Positions 18,304 through 27,000 of a stretch of DNA of 56,520 nucleotides are shown in pieces. The DNA is taken from assembly GCA_039801485.1 (NCBI GenBank), contig JBDRUR010000001.1:1-56520 (forward strand), read 5' to 3'. The notes below the pieces were generated by a model. It made no database searches. It worked only from the letters and a program-made list of their open reading frames with translations, and was not told the DNA's origin. The position numbers and the translations under genes were made by a program. How positions within the stretch are numbered: the first letter of the stretch is position 1; each line of letters starts with the position of its first letter. The DNA is from a candidate division WOR-3 bacterium. GTDB lineage: Bacteria > Hydrothermota > Tepidihabitantia > Tepidihabitantales > CAIPLT01.

Positions 18304-18378
18304 TATATTTTTATATTATAAGCGTAGATTGATTTGTAAATAAAATAATTGAACTTTTACTAGTTGATTAAGAAACTT
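18250..18378. repeat. Copy B of the duplicated manC 5' end / promoter segment
   Basis: See copy A (13283..13409). Same orientation. Lies 55 nt upstream of the -35 box of the pgsB promoter. Confidence 0.7.
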
Positions 18379-18432
18379 GCCATTATGGTACATCTTTGCA
18401 TTATCTCTTAACGTTTGAAATGTTTAATTTTA

Positions 18433-18460
18433 TTGACTTTATAAATATAATATTTAAAAT
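18433..18460 (+). promoter_or_regulatory. Sigma70-like promoter of the pgs operon (TTGACT-16-TAAAAT), -10 ends 6 nt before the ATG
   Basis: TTGACT at 18433..18438, TAAAAT at 18455..18460, ATG at 18467. No SD. Confidence 0.5.
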
Positions 18461-18466
18461 AAACTA

Positions 18467-19633
18467 ATGTATTTTTTATTAATTATTTTACTCGTCTTTA
18501 TGATTGCTGGTATTGTAGAATATCAGCATCATCTCTGTAATGTAAGAAAAATTCCGATCCGTATTCAAGTCAACGGGACCCGGGGTAAATCATCAGTAAC
18601 TAGATTGATTGCTGGCGGACTTAGAGCCGGAGGCATCAAAGTCATTGCCAAAACTACCGGAACCAAACCGAGATTTATCATTAATGATAAAGAAGAAATA
18701 CCAATAAAGAGATTAGGCAAACCGAATATCGGCGAAGAAAAAATGATTTTTCGGCAAGCAGTCAAATATCAACCGCAGGCAATCGTGATGGAATGTATGG
18801 CATTAGTACCGGAATATCAGTGGACCGAAGCAAATCGTTTGGTCAAATCAACCCATTGTGTTATTACTAATGCGCGCGCTGACCACTTAGATGTCATGGG
18901 ACCAACAGTTATTGATGTTGCTAAAGCATTATCCAATACCATCACCAAGAATGCCAAGTTCTTTACTGCCGAACAAAAATATTTAGATATTTTTAAAGAC
19001 CGGGCTAAAAAATTAAATACCGAGGTATTTGTCTCAAATCCAAATTCAGTTAGTGATGAAGATATGAAGGGTTTCAGATATGTTGAACACAAGGAAAATG
19101 TTGCATTAGCACTTTTAGTCTGCGAAAGCTTGGGCGTTGATAAAAAGACCGCTTTGCTAGGGATGTATCAAACAACACCTGACCCCGGTGTTATGCGGAT
19201 ATATCAAATTAAAGACCAAGGTAAACAGTTCCGGTTAGTTAATACTTTGGCAGCTAACGACCCGGATTCAATTCTTTTGCTATGGGAACAAGTTAAGAAT
19301 TTAGCCAATGAAAAAATTGTTCTGGTTAATTGTCGCGACGACCGCGCTGACCGTTCAATTCAATTAGGCGAACTTACGGCTAAAAAATTTGAGGCTGATT
19401 GGTATCTTGCTACTGGGTTCTTAACCATGCCCTATATTCGCAAAGCAACCAGCCTTGGTATTCCTAAACATAAAATTGTTGATTTGGGTGAAAAGACACC
19501 AGAGCAAATATATCAAAAAGTTTTAAGTCTTGTTAAGTCTGATGCCTTGGTATTTGCCACGGGTAATACCGTAGGGTTTGGTGAAACAATCATTGCTTAT
19601 TTTGCCAGTAAAGGAGGAGAAATTGATTATTGA
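18467..19633 (+). CDS. pgsB: Poly-gamma-glutamate synthase, ATP-dependent amide ligase subunit PgsB/CapB
   Basis: N-terminal TM followed by the Mur-ligase P-loop VNGTRGKSSVTRL. AKTTGT, MECMALVPEYQ, ARADHLDVMGPT, TPDPGVMRIY, LAANDPDS and NCRDDRADRS track the B. subtilis PgsB sequence block by block, from memory. Confidence 0.9.
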   Translation: MYFLLIILLVFMIAGIVEYQHHLCNVRKIPIRIQVNGTRGKSSVTRLIAGGLRAGGIKVIAKTTGTKPRFIINDKEEIPIKRLGKPNIGEEKMIFRQAVKYQPQAIVMECMALVPEYQWTEANRLVKSTHCVITNARADHLDVMGPTVIDVAKALSNTITKNAKFFTAEQKYLDIFKDRAKKLNTEVFVSNPNSVSDEDMKGFRYVEHKENVALALLVCESLGVDKKTALLGMYQTTPDPGVMRIYQIKDQGKQFRLVNTLAANDPDSILLLWEQVKNLANEKIVLVNCRDDRADRSIQLGELTAKKFEADWYLATGFLTMPYIRKATSLGIPKHKIVDLGEKTPEQIYQKVLSLVKSDALVFATGNTVGFGETIIAYFASKGGEIDY

Positions 19634-20072
19634 AACAATTGGCTTAGGCATGTTAGCCAGTTTATTTTTAACTGAGACAATTGGTTTGGCTGCTGGTGGC
19701 ATTGTTGTGCCTGGTTATATTGCGCTCTATTTACAACAACCACTAAGGGTTATCGGCACTGTTCTGGTTGGATTAATCGTTTATCTATTAATAAAATTTT
19801 TAGGACGATTTATGCTTTTATATGGTCGTCGATTGTTAGTTATCGGTGTTTTATTGGGCTATTTAATTGGCTATCTTATCCGTCTTTTTCCGCCAATTAC
19901 CTTTACTGATTTCAAGTTAGATGTTAATGTTATTGGTTATGTAATTCCTGGTTTATTGGCATATTGGATGAATCGTCAAGGTATTATTGAAACGATTACG
20001 ACGATGACAATTGCGGCAATCTTAACCCGATTAATCATTATTATTATATCAAATGGCAGTATTACAATTTAA
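19623..20072 (+). CDS. pgsC: Poly-gamma-glutamate synthase membrane subunit PgsC/CapC
   Basis: AAGGIVVPGYIALYL, LYGRR and VIPGLLAYW match PgsC (AGLVVPGYLGLVF, LYGRRKF, IVPGLIANT). I take TTG 19623 as start, 4 nt after GGAGGA and overlapping the pgsB stop. The track's 19578 start lies inside pgsB. Confidence 0.85.
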   Translation: MIIETIGLGMLASLFLTETIGLAAGGIVVPGYIALYLQQPLRVIGTVLVGLIVYLLIKFLGRFMLLYGRRLLVIGVLLGYLIGYLIRLFPPITFTDFKLDVNVIGYVIPGLLAYWMNRQGIIETITTMTIAAILTRLIIIIISNGSITI

Positions 20073-20075
20073 TTT

Positions 20076-21164
20076 ATGAAAAAAAGAATCGATAAAGTTG
20101 GGAGAAGTGTTTTAATAATTTTTACAATAATTACGATTTTGCTTTTTATAGTTGAGTTGAATACGAAACGAGATGTAAAAATTCATTATTACGAAGAAAA
20201 GATTAAAGCTGGTCAGATCTTTCAGGAAATGATGAGAAGAGTAAAAATTGAAAAAGAAAAAAGAGGAATTGTTATTGACCTGATTAATGACCCAAATCAG
20301 ACCGGTATCATTGGGCAACAATATACCCCAATAACATTTCAACGGAGTGATTTATCCGCAAGCTTAACTTCAACTAATCCGAATTTTGTTGCAGTTTTTA
20401 TTGAGATGTTTAAAAAATTAAAACTCAAAAGCGGTGATACAATCGCCGTTGGTTTGGACGGTTCTTTTCCGGCAGTAAATATGGCATTATATTCAGCATT
20501 ACGAGTAATGGATATCAAGCCGATAATAATCACCAATGTTAGTTCAGCAATGTGGGGTGCCAACGACCCAAATTTCACCTGGCTTGACATTGAACATATT
20601 CTATATCAGGACAAACTTACCAGTCATAAGTCAGTGGCAGCATCACTTGGTGGCGAAGATGATTTAGGTCGGGGGTTCAGTCCGCAGGCACGACAATTCT
20701 TGCTTGATGCCGTCAGTCGTAATCAAGTTGAGCTCATCTCATCAGAAAACCTGGAGACTAATATCAAAAAGCATTTGGACGTCTATTTTAAGTGCAAGAA
20801 GATAAAGGCATTTATTAATGTTGGTAAATCAGTTGCCAATATCGGTGAAAATCAATCGTCTTTTATTAATGGCATTATCCGTCGATTGCCATCAAAATAT
20901 AATCGGCAGTCGGTAATTGCTGAGATGTTGAGTAAAAATATCCCAGTAATAAATATCACTGATGTCAACAAAATCGCTATGCGTTATGGTTTACCAATCG
21001 CACCGGTGCCATTGCCACCATTAGGTAAAGGAAAATTATTTATTGAAAAGAGGTTTTCACCAATAGTTGCGTTGATATTTGCTATCATAATTTTGATATG
21101 TTTGTTTTTTGTAATCAGATATGATTTAGAATATTATCTATCGAAAAAAAAGGAGAACAAATGA
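20076..21164 (+). CDS. Bitopic membrane protein in the PgsA/CapA position but not CapA-like; probably the alternative 'poly-gamma-glutamate system protein'
   Basis: 362 aa with TM segments at both ends (VLIIFTIITILLFIV and IVALIFAIIILICLFFVI). It starts 3 nt after pgsC. I see none of the metallophosphatase-type CapA motifs (GNFE, NNH, GHHPH). Confidence 0.5.
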   Translation: MKKRIDKVGRSVLIIFTIITILLFIVELNTKRDVKIHYYEEKIKAGQIFQEMMRRVKIEKEKRGIVIDLINDPNQTGIIGQQYTPITFQRSDLSASLTSTNPNFVAVFIEMFKKLKLKSGDTIAVGLDGSFPAVNMALYSALRVMDIKPIIITNVSSAMWGANDPNFTWLDIEHILYQDKLTSHKSVAASLGGEDDLGRGFSPQARQFLLDAVSRNQVELISSENLETNIKKHLDVYFKCKKIKAFINVGKSVANIGENQSSFINGIIRRLPSKYNRQSVIAEMLSKNIPVINITDVNKIAMRYGLPIAPVPLPPLGKGKLFIEKRFSPIVALIFAIIILICLFFVIRYDLEYYLSKKKENK

Positions 21165-22039
21165 AAATTGACCGGATAAAAGTTTTATTATCATTGCTGT
21201 TAATGACAGCTATATTAGTCGCTCAAGAACAAAAAATCGAAGTAAAGAAAATAACACCACGAACAGTTATCAGTGTCGTCAAACGAGTTGAACAAGAGTA
21301 TTATTTATTAACAAAAAATCAACCAGTGGAATTTTCGGTCACAGGTCCAACAACAGTTAGAGTTTTCACTCGTTTGCTATGGCACGATGATATGCAGGAT
21401 AAACAGAACTACAAACTTATCGTCAAGTATGGCGAAGAAGAAAAAATAGTATCATTGGAATCCGAAGTTTCCAAATCAGCCTGGGGAAATAAAAAGCAGT
21501 ATTATGGCAAATGGCGGTCATTTTATCTCGATGTTCCAAAAGGTACGGCGGATTATCAAATAAGACTTTTAGAAGCAAAATCTGACACGGTCGCAATTCG
21601 GTTTAGTTTGGAAAAACCGAAAGAATATAAGAAAAAGGCACCGGAACCACCTTATACTGAATTGCAATTTGTCGAAAAAGAGAAAATAACTTCATATTAT
21701 GAGGTTAAATTAAATAAACCAATAAAAATCAAAGTTGAAGGTCCGGTGCGTTTAAAAGCAACCTGTCGATTAAATTACGATTATACCTTAGAAGGCAAGC
21801 AGAATTTTACGGTTAGCGCCGTTGTTAGTAATAAAGAATGGCAATCAAAAACATTCCGGGTCTCCAAATCTGAAACTGGCCTATATAAGAATGCTCAACA
21901 ATATCTACCATCGACGCCTGTAAACTTCTATCTCAATATCCCACCGGGCAACTATTTAATTGAGTTTTATTTAAAGAATACCTTAGCCCAAAGTGCTGGT
22001 ATTAGTTTTTATACCAAACCACTCGAAGACTATGAATAA
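21161..22039 (+). CDS. Secreted protein made of two tandem homologous ~110-aa domains, no recognised family
   Basis: Signal peptide LLSLLLMTAILVAQEQ. Repeat 1 is YYLLTKNQPVEFSVTGP...KQNYKL...VSKS...FYLDVPKGTADYQI...IRFS. Repeat 2 is YYEVKLNKPIKIKVEGP...KQNFTV...VSKS...FYLNIPPGNYLI...ISFY. ATGA overlap with the upstream gene. Confidence 0.6.
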   Translation: MKIDRIKVLLSLLLMTAILVAQEQKIEVKKITPRTVISVVKRVEQEYYLLTKNQPVEFSVTGPTTVRVFTRLLWHDDMQDKQNYKLIVKYGEEEKIVSLESEVSKSAWGNKKQYYGKWRSFYLDVPKGTADYQIRLLEAKSDTVAIRFSLEKPKEYKKKAPEPPYTELQFVEKEKITSYYEVKLNKPIKIKVEGPVRLKATCRLNYDYTLEGKQNFTVSAVVSNKEWQSKTFRVSKSETGLYKNAQQYLPSTPVNFYLNIPPGNYLIEFYLKNTLAQSAGISFYTKPLEDYE

Positions 22040-23063
22040 CTGGACAAAAGCTACATTGATAATTTCTTTACTCTTTGTAACTTTACTTAATGCTGAAGTG
22101 GTAAAGTTTACTCGAAAGATAAGTTTCGGCGTTCAGATTAATACCATCTATGATAATAATATCTATTTATATTCACCTGATTATATCGCTGATTTCAGAG
22201 AACAAATTCGCGCTTATCGATTCCCAATCAATACCTATGACGATTTTATTACCAATATTAATCTATCACTACGAATACCTCATGCTAAATCGTCAAACAT
22301 TTATCTTTATTATAAACAATATTTGTATGCGATGAATGCTGAAAAATCCTATCAAATAGTTTCGATGACAATTAGTCAAAACATTGCTAACAATCTGAAG
22401 TCGAAAATAGGGTACTTATTCTTACCGCAATATCTAATTCGTTATTATCGAGACCCATTGGGTTCAGCAACTCGTTATATTGCATGCGCCTTTGCCGAAC
22501 ATCTTTTTACTTTTGGTTTTGAGTACAATCTATCTAATATCAAATTAAATCCATTTGTCCGCTATGAAATTGACAACTATAAAAAGAACTTTAATTTTTA
22601 TGATGGCGAAGCCTTCCGTTTCGGGCTCTCATTAATGGTTCCAATAAAATTTATTAATCTTACTGCCCAAGCAGAACGAAAGTTAAATAATGCTATGGGA
22701 CCAGTGCCTGATATTTCTTATAACCAGAATGCTTATCAATTGACCTTAACCAGCCCATTTTATCAAAAAAAATTGAGTTTTAATATTAGTGGTAGTTTTC
22801 AAACTCGTATCTACACAACTGAAAACGCATTTGAAATTGACCCATACCACAAAGACCGTAACGATAAAATATTTTCATTCGGGACTGGACTCAATTATCG
22901 ATTATCAAAAAAAATCCAAATGAGCCTTGAGTATGAAAAAGAAAAACGGAGTGTCAACACGCCGTATAACATCAATATTGAAGAAATAAAAGATTATCAA
23001 GCTGAACGCATTTCACTTGGAATAAGATTGAATCCAAATTTTGTTATACAACAAGGAGAATAA
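22032..23063 (+). CDS. Predicted outer-membrane beta-barrel protein, no recognised family
   Basis: ATG 22032 overlaps the previous stop by 8 nt. Signal peptide ATLIISLLFVTLLNAEV. Many short amphipathic strands rich in Y/F/N/G (FGFEYNLS, FRFGLSLMV, FSFGTGLNYRLS, MSLEYEK, ISLGIRLNPNF). Confidence 0.45.
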   Translation: MNNWTKATLIISLLFVTLLNAEVVKFTRKISFGVQINTIYDNNIYLYSPDYIADFREQIRAYRFPINTYDDFITNINLSLRIPHAKSSNIYLYYKQYLYAMNAEKSYQIVSMTISQNIANNLKSKIGYLFLPQYLIRYYRDPLGSATRYIACAFAEHLFTFGFEYNLSNIKLNPFVRYEIDNYKKNFNFYDGEAFRFGLSLMVPIKFINLTAQAERKLNNAMGPVPDISYNQNAYQLTLTSPFYQKKLSFNISGSFQTRIYTTENAFEIDPYHKDRNDKIFSFGTGLNYRLSKKIQMSLEYEKEKRSVNTPYNINIEEIKDYQAERISLGIRLNPNFVIQQGE

Positions 23064-23067
23064 AATT

Positions 23068-24063
23068 ATGATGAAAAAATTTAAAAATATCTGGAAAGAC
23101 ATTTTGCCTTATGTGAGTTTATTCTTAATAATTTTTCTGATATCAAATTGTGGAAAACCGATTGAGAAAATAGCACAATTTAAAATTGTTGGTCAATGCC
23201 CTAATCCTGGATATGCCCAGTCTATTTGGGTTGATACCATCAATAATAAACATTATGCCTTTTTGGCATCGGGTCAAGCAGGACTTGTTATCTATAATAT
23301 TGATAATCCTGAGTCAACTTATATTGTTAGTCAGTGGTTAGATTCAATAAATTCTTGTTGGGATGTTACGACATTGCGTGGTTATGCATATTTAGCTTAT
23401 GGCAAAAGAGAATTAATTGTTCTGAATGCAAGAATCATTGACAGTTTGCAATATGTTGACGAATATAATTGGCCATTTCCGGGTAATTCGCGTTCGATAT
23501 TTATTCAAGACACCAGCTATATTTTCGTAGGTGCTCTTGACCGATTACTGGTTTCTGCAGTCGCAACACCGGCATATCCCGACGAATATAACCCACCATC
23601 AAATGTTCGGGGTATATTTATTGTTGATTCTTTTGCTTACATTGCCTCCGAGCAACTTGGCATTTATATAATGAATGTGTTAACAACCCCAAGAAGGATT
23701 GTTAATCTCTGTAATACGCCAAGTAATGCCCGGGGAGTCTTTGCTGATAAGCATTATTGTTATGTTGCTGATGGCAGAAATGGATTAGTTATTATTGATG
23801 TTAGCAATCCTTATCAACCGTCGATTGTATCGCAACTATCATTATCGGGTTATGCTAATAAACCATTTGTAAAAGATACTTTGGCTTATGTTGCTTGTGG
23901 CGAAGCCGGATTGGCAATTGTTAATATTAAAGATATAACAAATCCTATTCTTGTTGAATATGTAAAAACTTCTTATGCCAAAAGTGTTTATGTTACAAAA
24001 GACAATTATATTTATCTTGCTGACCGGGATTTAGGATTAGTTGTCATAAAACAGGAGGACTGA
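23068..24063 (+). CDS. LVIVD-repeat beta-propeller lipoprotein
   Basis: AAGGAGA SD before ATGATG at 23068. Lipobox FLISNC. Repeats: GLVIYNIDNPES, ELIVLNA, GIYIMNV, GLVIIDVSNPYQP, GLAIVNIKDITNP, GLVVIKQ. Confidence 0.7.
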   Translation: MMKKFKNIWKDILPYVSLFLIIFLISNCGKPIEKIAQFKIVGQCPNPGYAQSIWVDTINNKHYAFLASGQAGLVIYNIDNPESTYIVSQWLDSINSCWDVTTLRGYAYLAYGKRELIVLNARIIDSLQYVDEYNWPFPGNSRSIFIQDTSYIFVGALDRLLVSAVATPAYPDEYNPPSNVRGIFIVDSFAYIASEQLGIYIMNVLTTPRRIVNLCNTPSNARGVFADKHYCYVADGRNGLVIIDVSNPYQPSIVSQLSLSGYANKPFVKDTLAYVACGEAGLAIVNIKDITNPILVEYVKTSYAKSVYVTKDNYIYLADRDLGLVVIKQED

Positions 24064-27000
24064 TGATTAAAAAAACGCATAACTCCCACCTGCTATTAGC
24101 TAAGATTTATCTTGTCGTAATCTTACTTTCTTTAGTTTCTCTTTTTGCAGAGACAATGAATTATCCTCTCGGCTATTATACTGCTTTCGAGATTAAAAGC
24201 AAAACAAGTAATCAAATCGACATTGCCGTTAATACTCCGGTAAATATTACAAATGATGTCATCGAAAAGATTATTGACGAATTCAATTTTGTTGACTTAC
24301 CTTATATTTATCAATCAAGATTAATCACAGTACCGGAAAACAGTGATGTTCAGATAATGATAAAACACTATGACTCGCTAATTATTCCCTATAATCAATC
24401 AATAAATCTTGCTCGCGATGAATTTATTGATACCTTGCCACTGGTCTTTTTGGGCAAAGCTGGAATTATGCGAGATTTCAAAGTCGCGCCGTTAAATGTT
24501 CGGCAGTACTTTTTTGATAAATCTAATCGAAATATCATTTGTTATAATAACTTTGATATTGAAATTAAGTTTCCCGAGTCACCCACGCAACTGAGTAATC
24601 TAATCAATATATCAAATGATTGGCTTAGTTTCTATGAAAAATCAATCTTAAACTTTGATAAAAGCGCATTTGGCTCATTAAATTTAGGATTACCCCAAGG
24701 TTATTTAATAATTGTTGCCGACAATTTATATAATAATATCTTGCCGTTAGCGCGATGGAAAAATCTCAAAGGTTGGACAGTAACCGTGAAATTAAAATCA
24801 GAAGTTGGGTCCTCTTGGACCGAAATAAGAAATTATATCAAACAGGCATATTTAACTTGGTCTCCCAAGATTGAATATGTGCTATTAGTTGGCGTTGGTG
24901 GTTCGAGTTCGTCCAATTATATCCCTGCGGTGCCGAGTTATGCGACTTATGGTGACCATCTATATAGTTGCGTTGACGGCGATGATTTATATCCTGATTT
25001 GTTCATTGGCCGATTACCTGCTGCCACAACTTCTGAATTAGCGGTAATGGTTGCCAAAATTATTGGCTATGAACAAACTCCTTATTTAACCGATACAATG
25101 TGGTTTCGACGAGCATTAATGGTTGGAACCAGTTATCAACAAAATTCAACGGTGCCGGTGTGGACCGCGTTAGCTTTAAAACGAAACATAAGGAATTTAT
25201 TATTACAACACGATTATATTACAGTCGATACGGTATTTTATCCACCAACTGCCTCAGGTGTTGGTAGTATTGATACCATTATCAATCGCGGTGTTACATT
25301 TGTTAACGGTCGTGGTTGGGGAAATCGCGAAGGGTGGAACTATCCTTATTTTAAAATTCAAGAAGTCATCAACCTAAATAATGGGTGGAAATTACCGATA
25401 GTAACTAGTTTTTATTGTGCAACTGGAAATTACACTGCATATCCTTCTCGTTGTTTTGGTGAAGCCTGGCTATATGCTGGTTCACCGACCAATCCAAAGG
25501 GCGCGGTTGCATTTTATGGACCAATCTATGCTAATACTTCAACGCGGTTCAATAATTGCCAGGATTTGGCAATTTATTGGGGAATATTCAAAGAAAATAT
25601 ATTTAATTGCGGTCCGGCAATGTTTCGAGGAAAGATAGAAATGCTTAACAATTTTCCGTTATTGTGTGATACTTTAGCACTAAATACTCATGTTAATACT
25701 TATAATCTATTGGGAGACCCTTCATTAGATATGTGGGCTGGAGTTGTTCCAACACAACTTATTGTTAGTTACCCATCAGAGATTCCGGTCGGCAGTTCAA
25801 CGATTACAATTACGGTTACTAACACCAGCTCCCAACGAATAGCGAATGCTCTTGTTTCGTTATATAAACAAAATGAAATTAAACAATCGGCTTTTACTGA
25901 TAATTTAGGTAATGTGACATTTAATTTTACAACTAACACGCCAGATACGCTATTTGTAACAGTTACAAAACATAATTATATTCCTCATCTCGGTCATATT
26001 CGAGTTGTATCGCAACCGGTTTATGTTGGTTTCTATTCATATTCTGGCAACACAATTGCTGGCCAACAGGCTAATCTGATGATATCTTTGAAAAATTACG
26101 GAACAACACAATCGGCTAATAATACTATTGCCACGCTCAGAACTACAGATAATCATATTACGATGATTGACTCGATAAAAAATTATGGTGATATTGCCCC
26201 GGGACAAATTGTCACTAACGGTCCTTTTCAATTCGCTATTGCCCCGAATTGCACCAATAATCATGTGGTTAACTTTCAATTGATAGTAAATAGTGGCAGC
26301 AATAATTGGCAGGCAGGTTTTTCGGTTTTAGTTAGTGCTACTGAATTAGCATATCGTAGTCACATTTTTAATGACGGCAACAATAATGTGTTAGAGCCCG
26401 GGGAGACCAGCAATCTGATAATTAAAATCTTTAATTACGGGTCTCAAAATATTACTAATGTTTTAGGAATTTTACGTGCAACTAACCCTTATGCCATTAG
26501 TGTTGTTGATTCGTTGGGCTATTTTGGGAACATCAATGTCGGTGATACAGTTCAAAATAGTACTGATTATTTTGTCGTATCGGCATCGCCGTTAATTGGC
26601 ATTGGCAGAAAATTCTACTTACAATTATTACTCCGGAGTGGTAATTATCAAAGATTAATTGAGTTTCCAATTATCATCGGTCAAATTTCCAGCACATCAC
26701 CATTAGGACCTGATGGTTACGGTTATTGGGCATATGATAATTCTGATATTGGTTATAGCGAATGCCCGACTTACGATTGGTATGAAATTGACCCGAATTT
26801 TGGTGGTAGTGGCACACGAATATCACTTGGCGATGATGGAATAAGAACAATAAATTTACCTTTTGTTTTTAGATATTATGGCAATAATTACACAAAAATT
26901 TCAATCTGTTCTAATGGTTATGCTGCCTTAGATTCTACCACTGTTATTGACCCGTATAATTGGATGATTCCTTCGCCACTTGGTCCTCGGAATATGTTAG

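Noticed and set aside
18098-18343. 81-aa plus-strand ORF upstream of pgsB
   Set aside because: It starts with TTG and has no SD or recognisable promoter. It overlaps the manC-like remnant on the other strand, and its C-terminus is low-complexity. The duplicated promoter and 5' fragment explain it better.
19578-19622. Longer N-terminal extension of pgsC given by the track
   Set aside because: The extension lies within the pgsB coding frame. GGAGGA followed by TTG 19623 gives a protein that aligns with the PgsC N-terminus.
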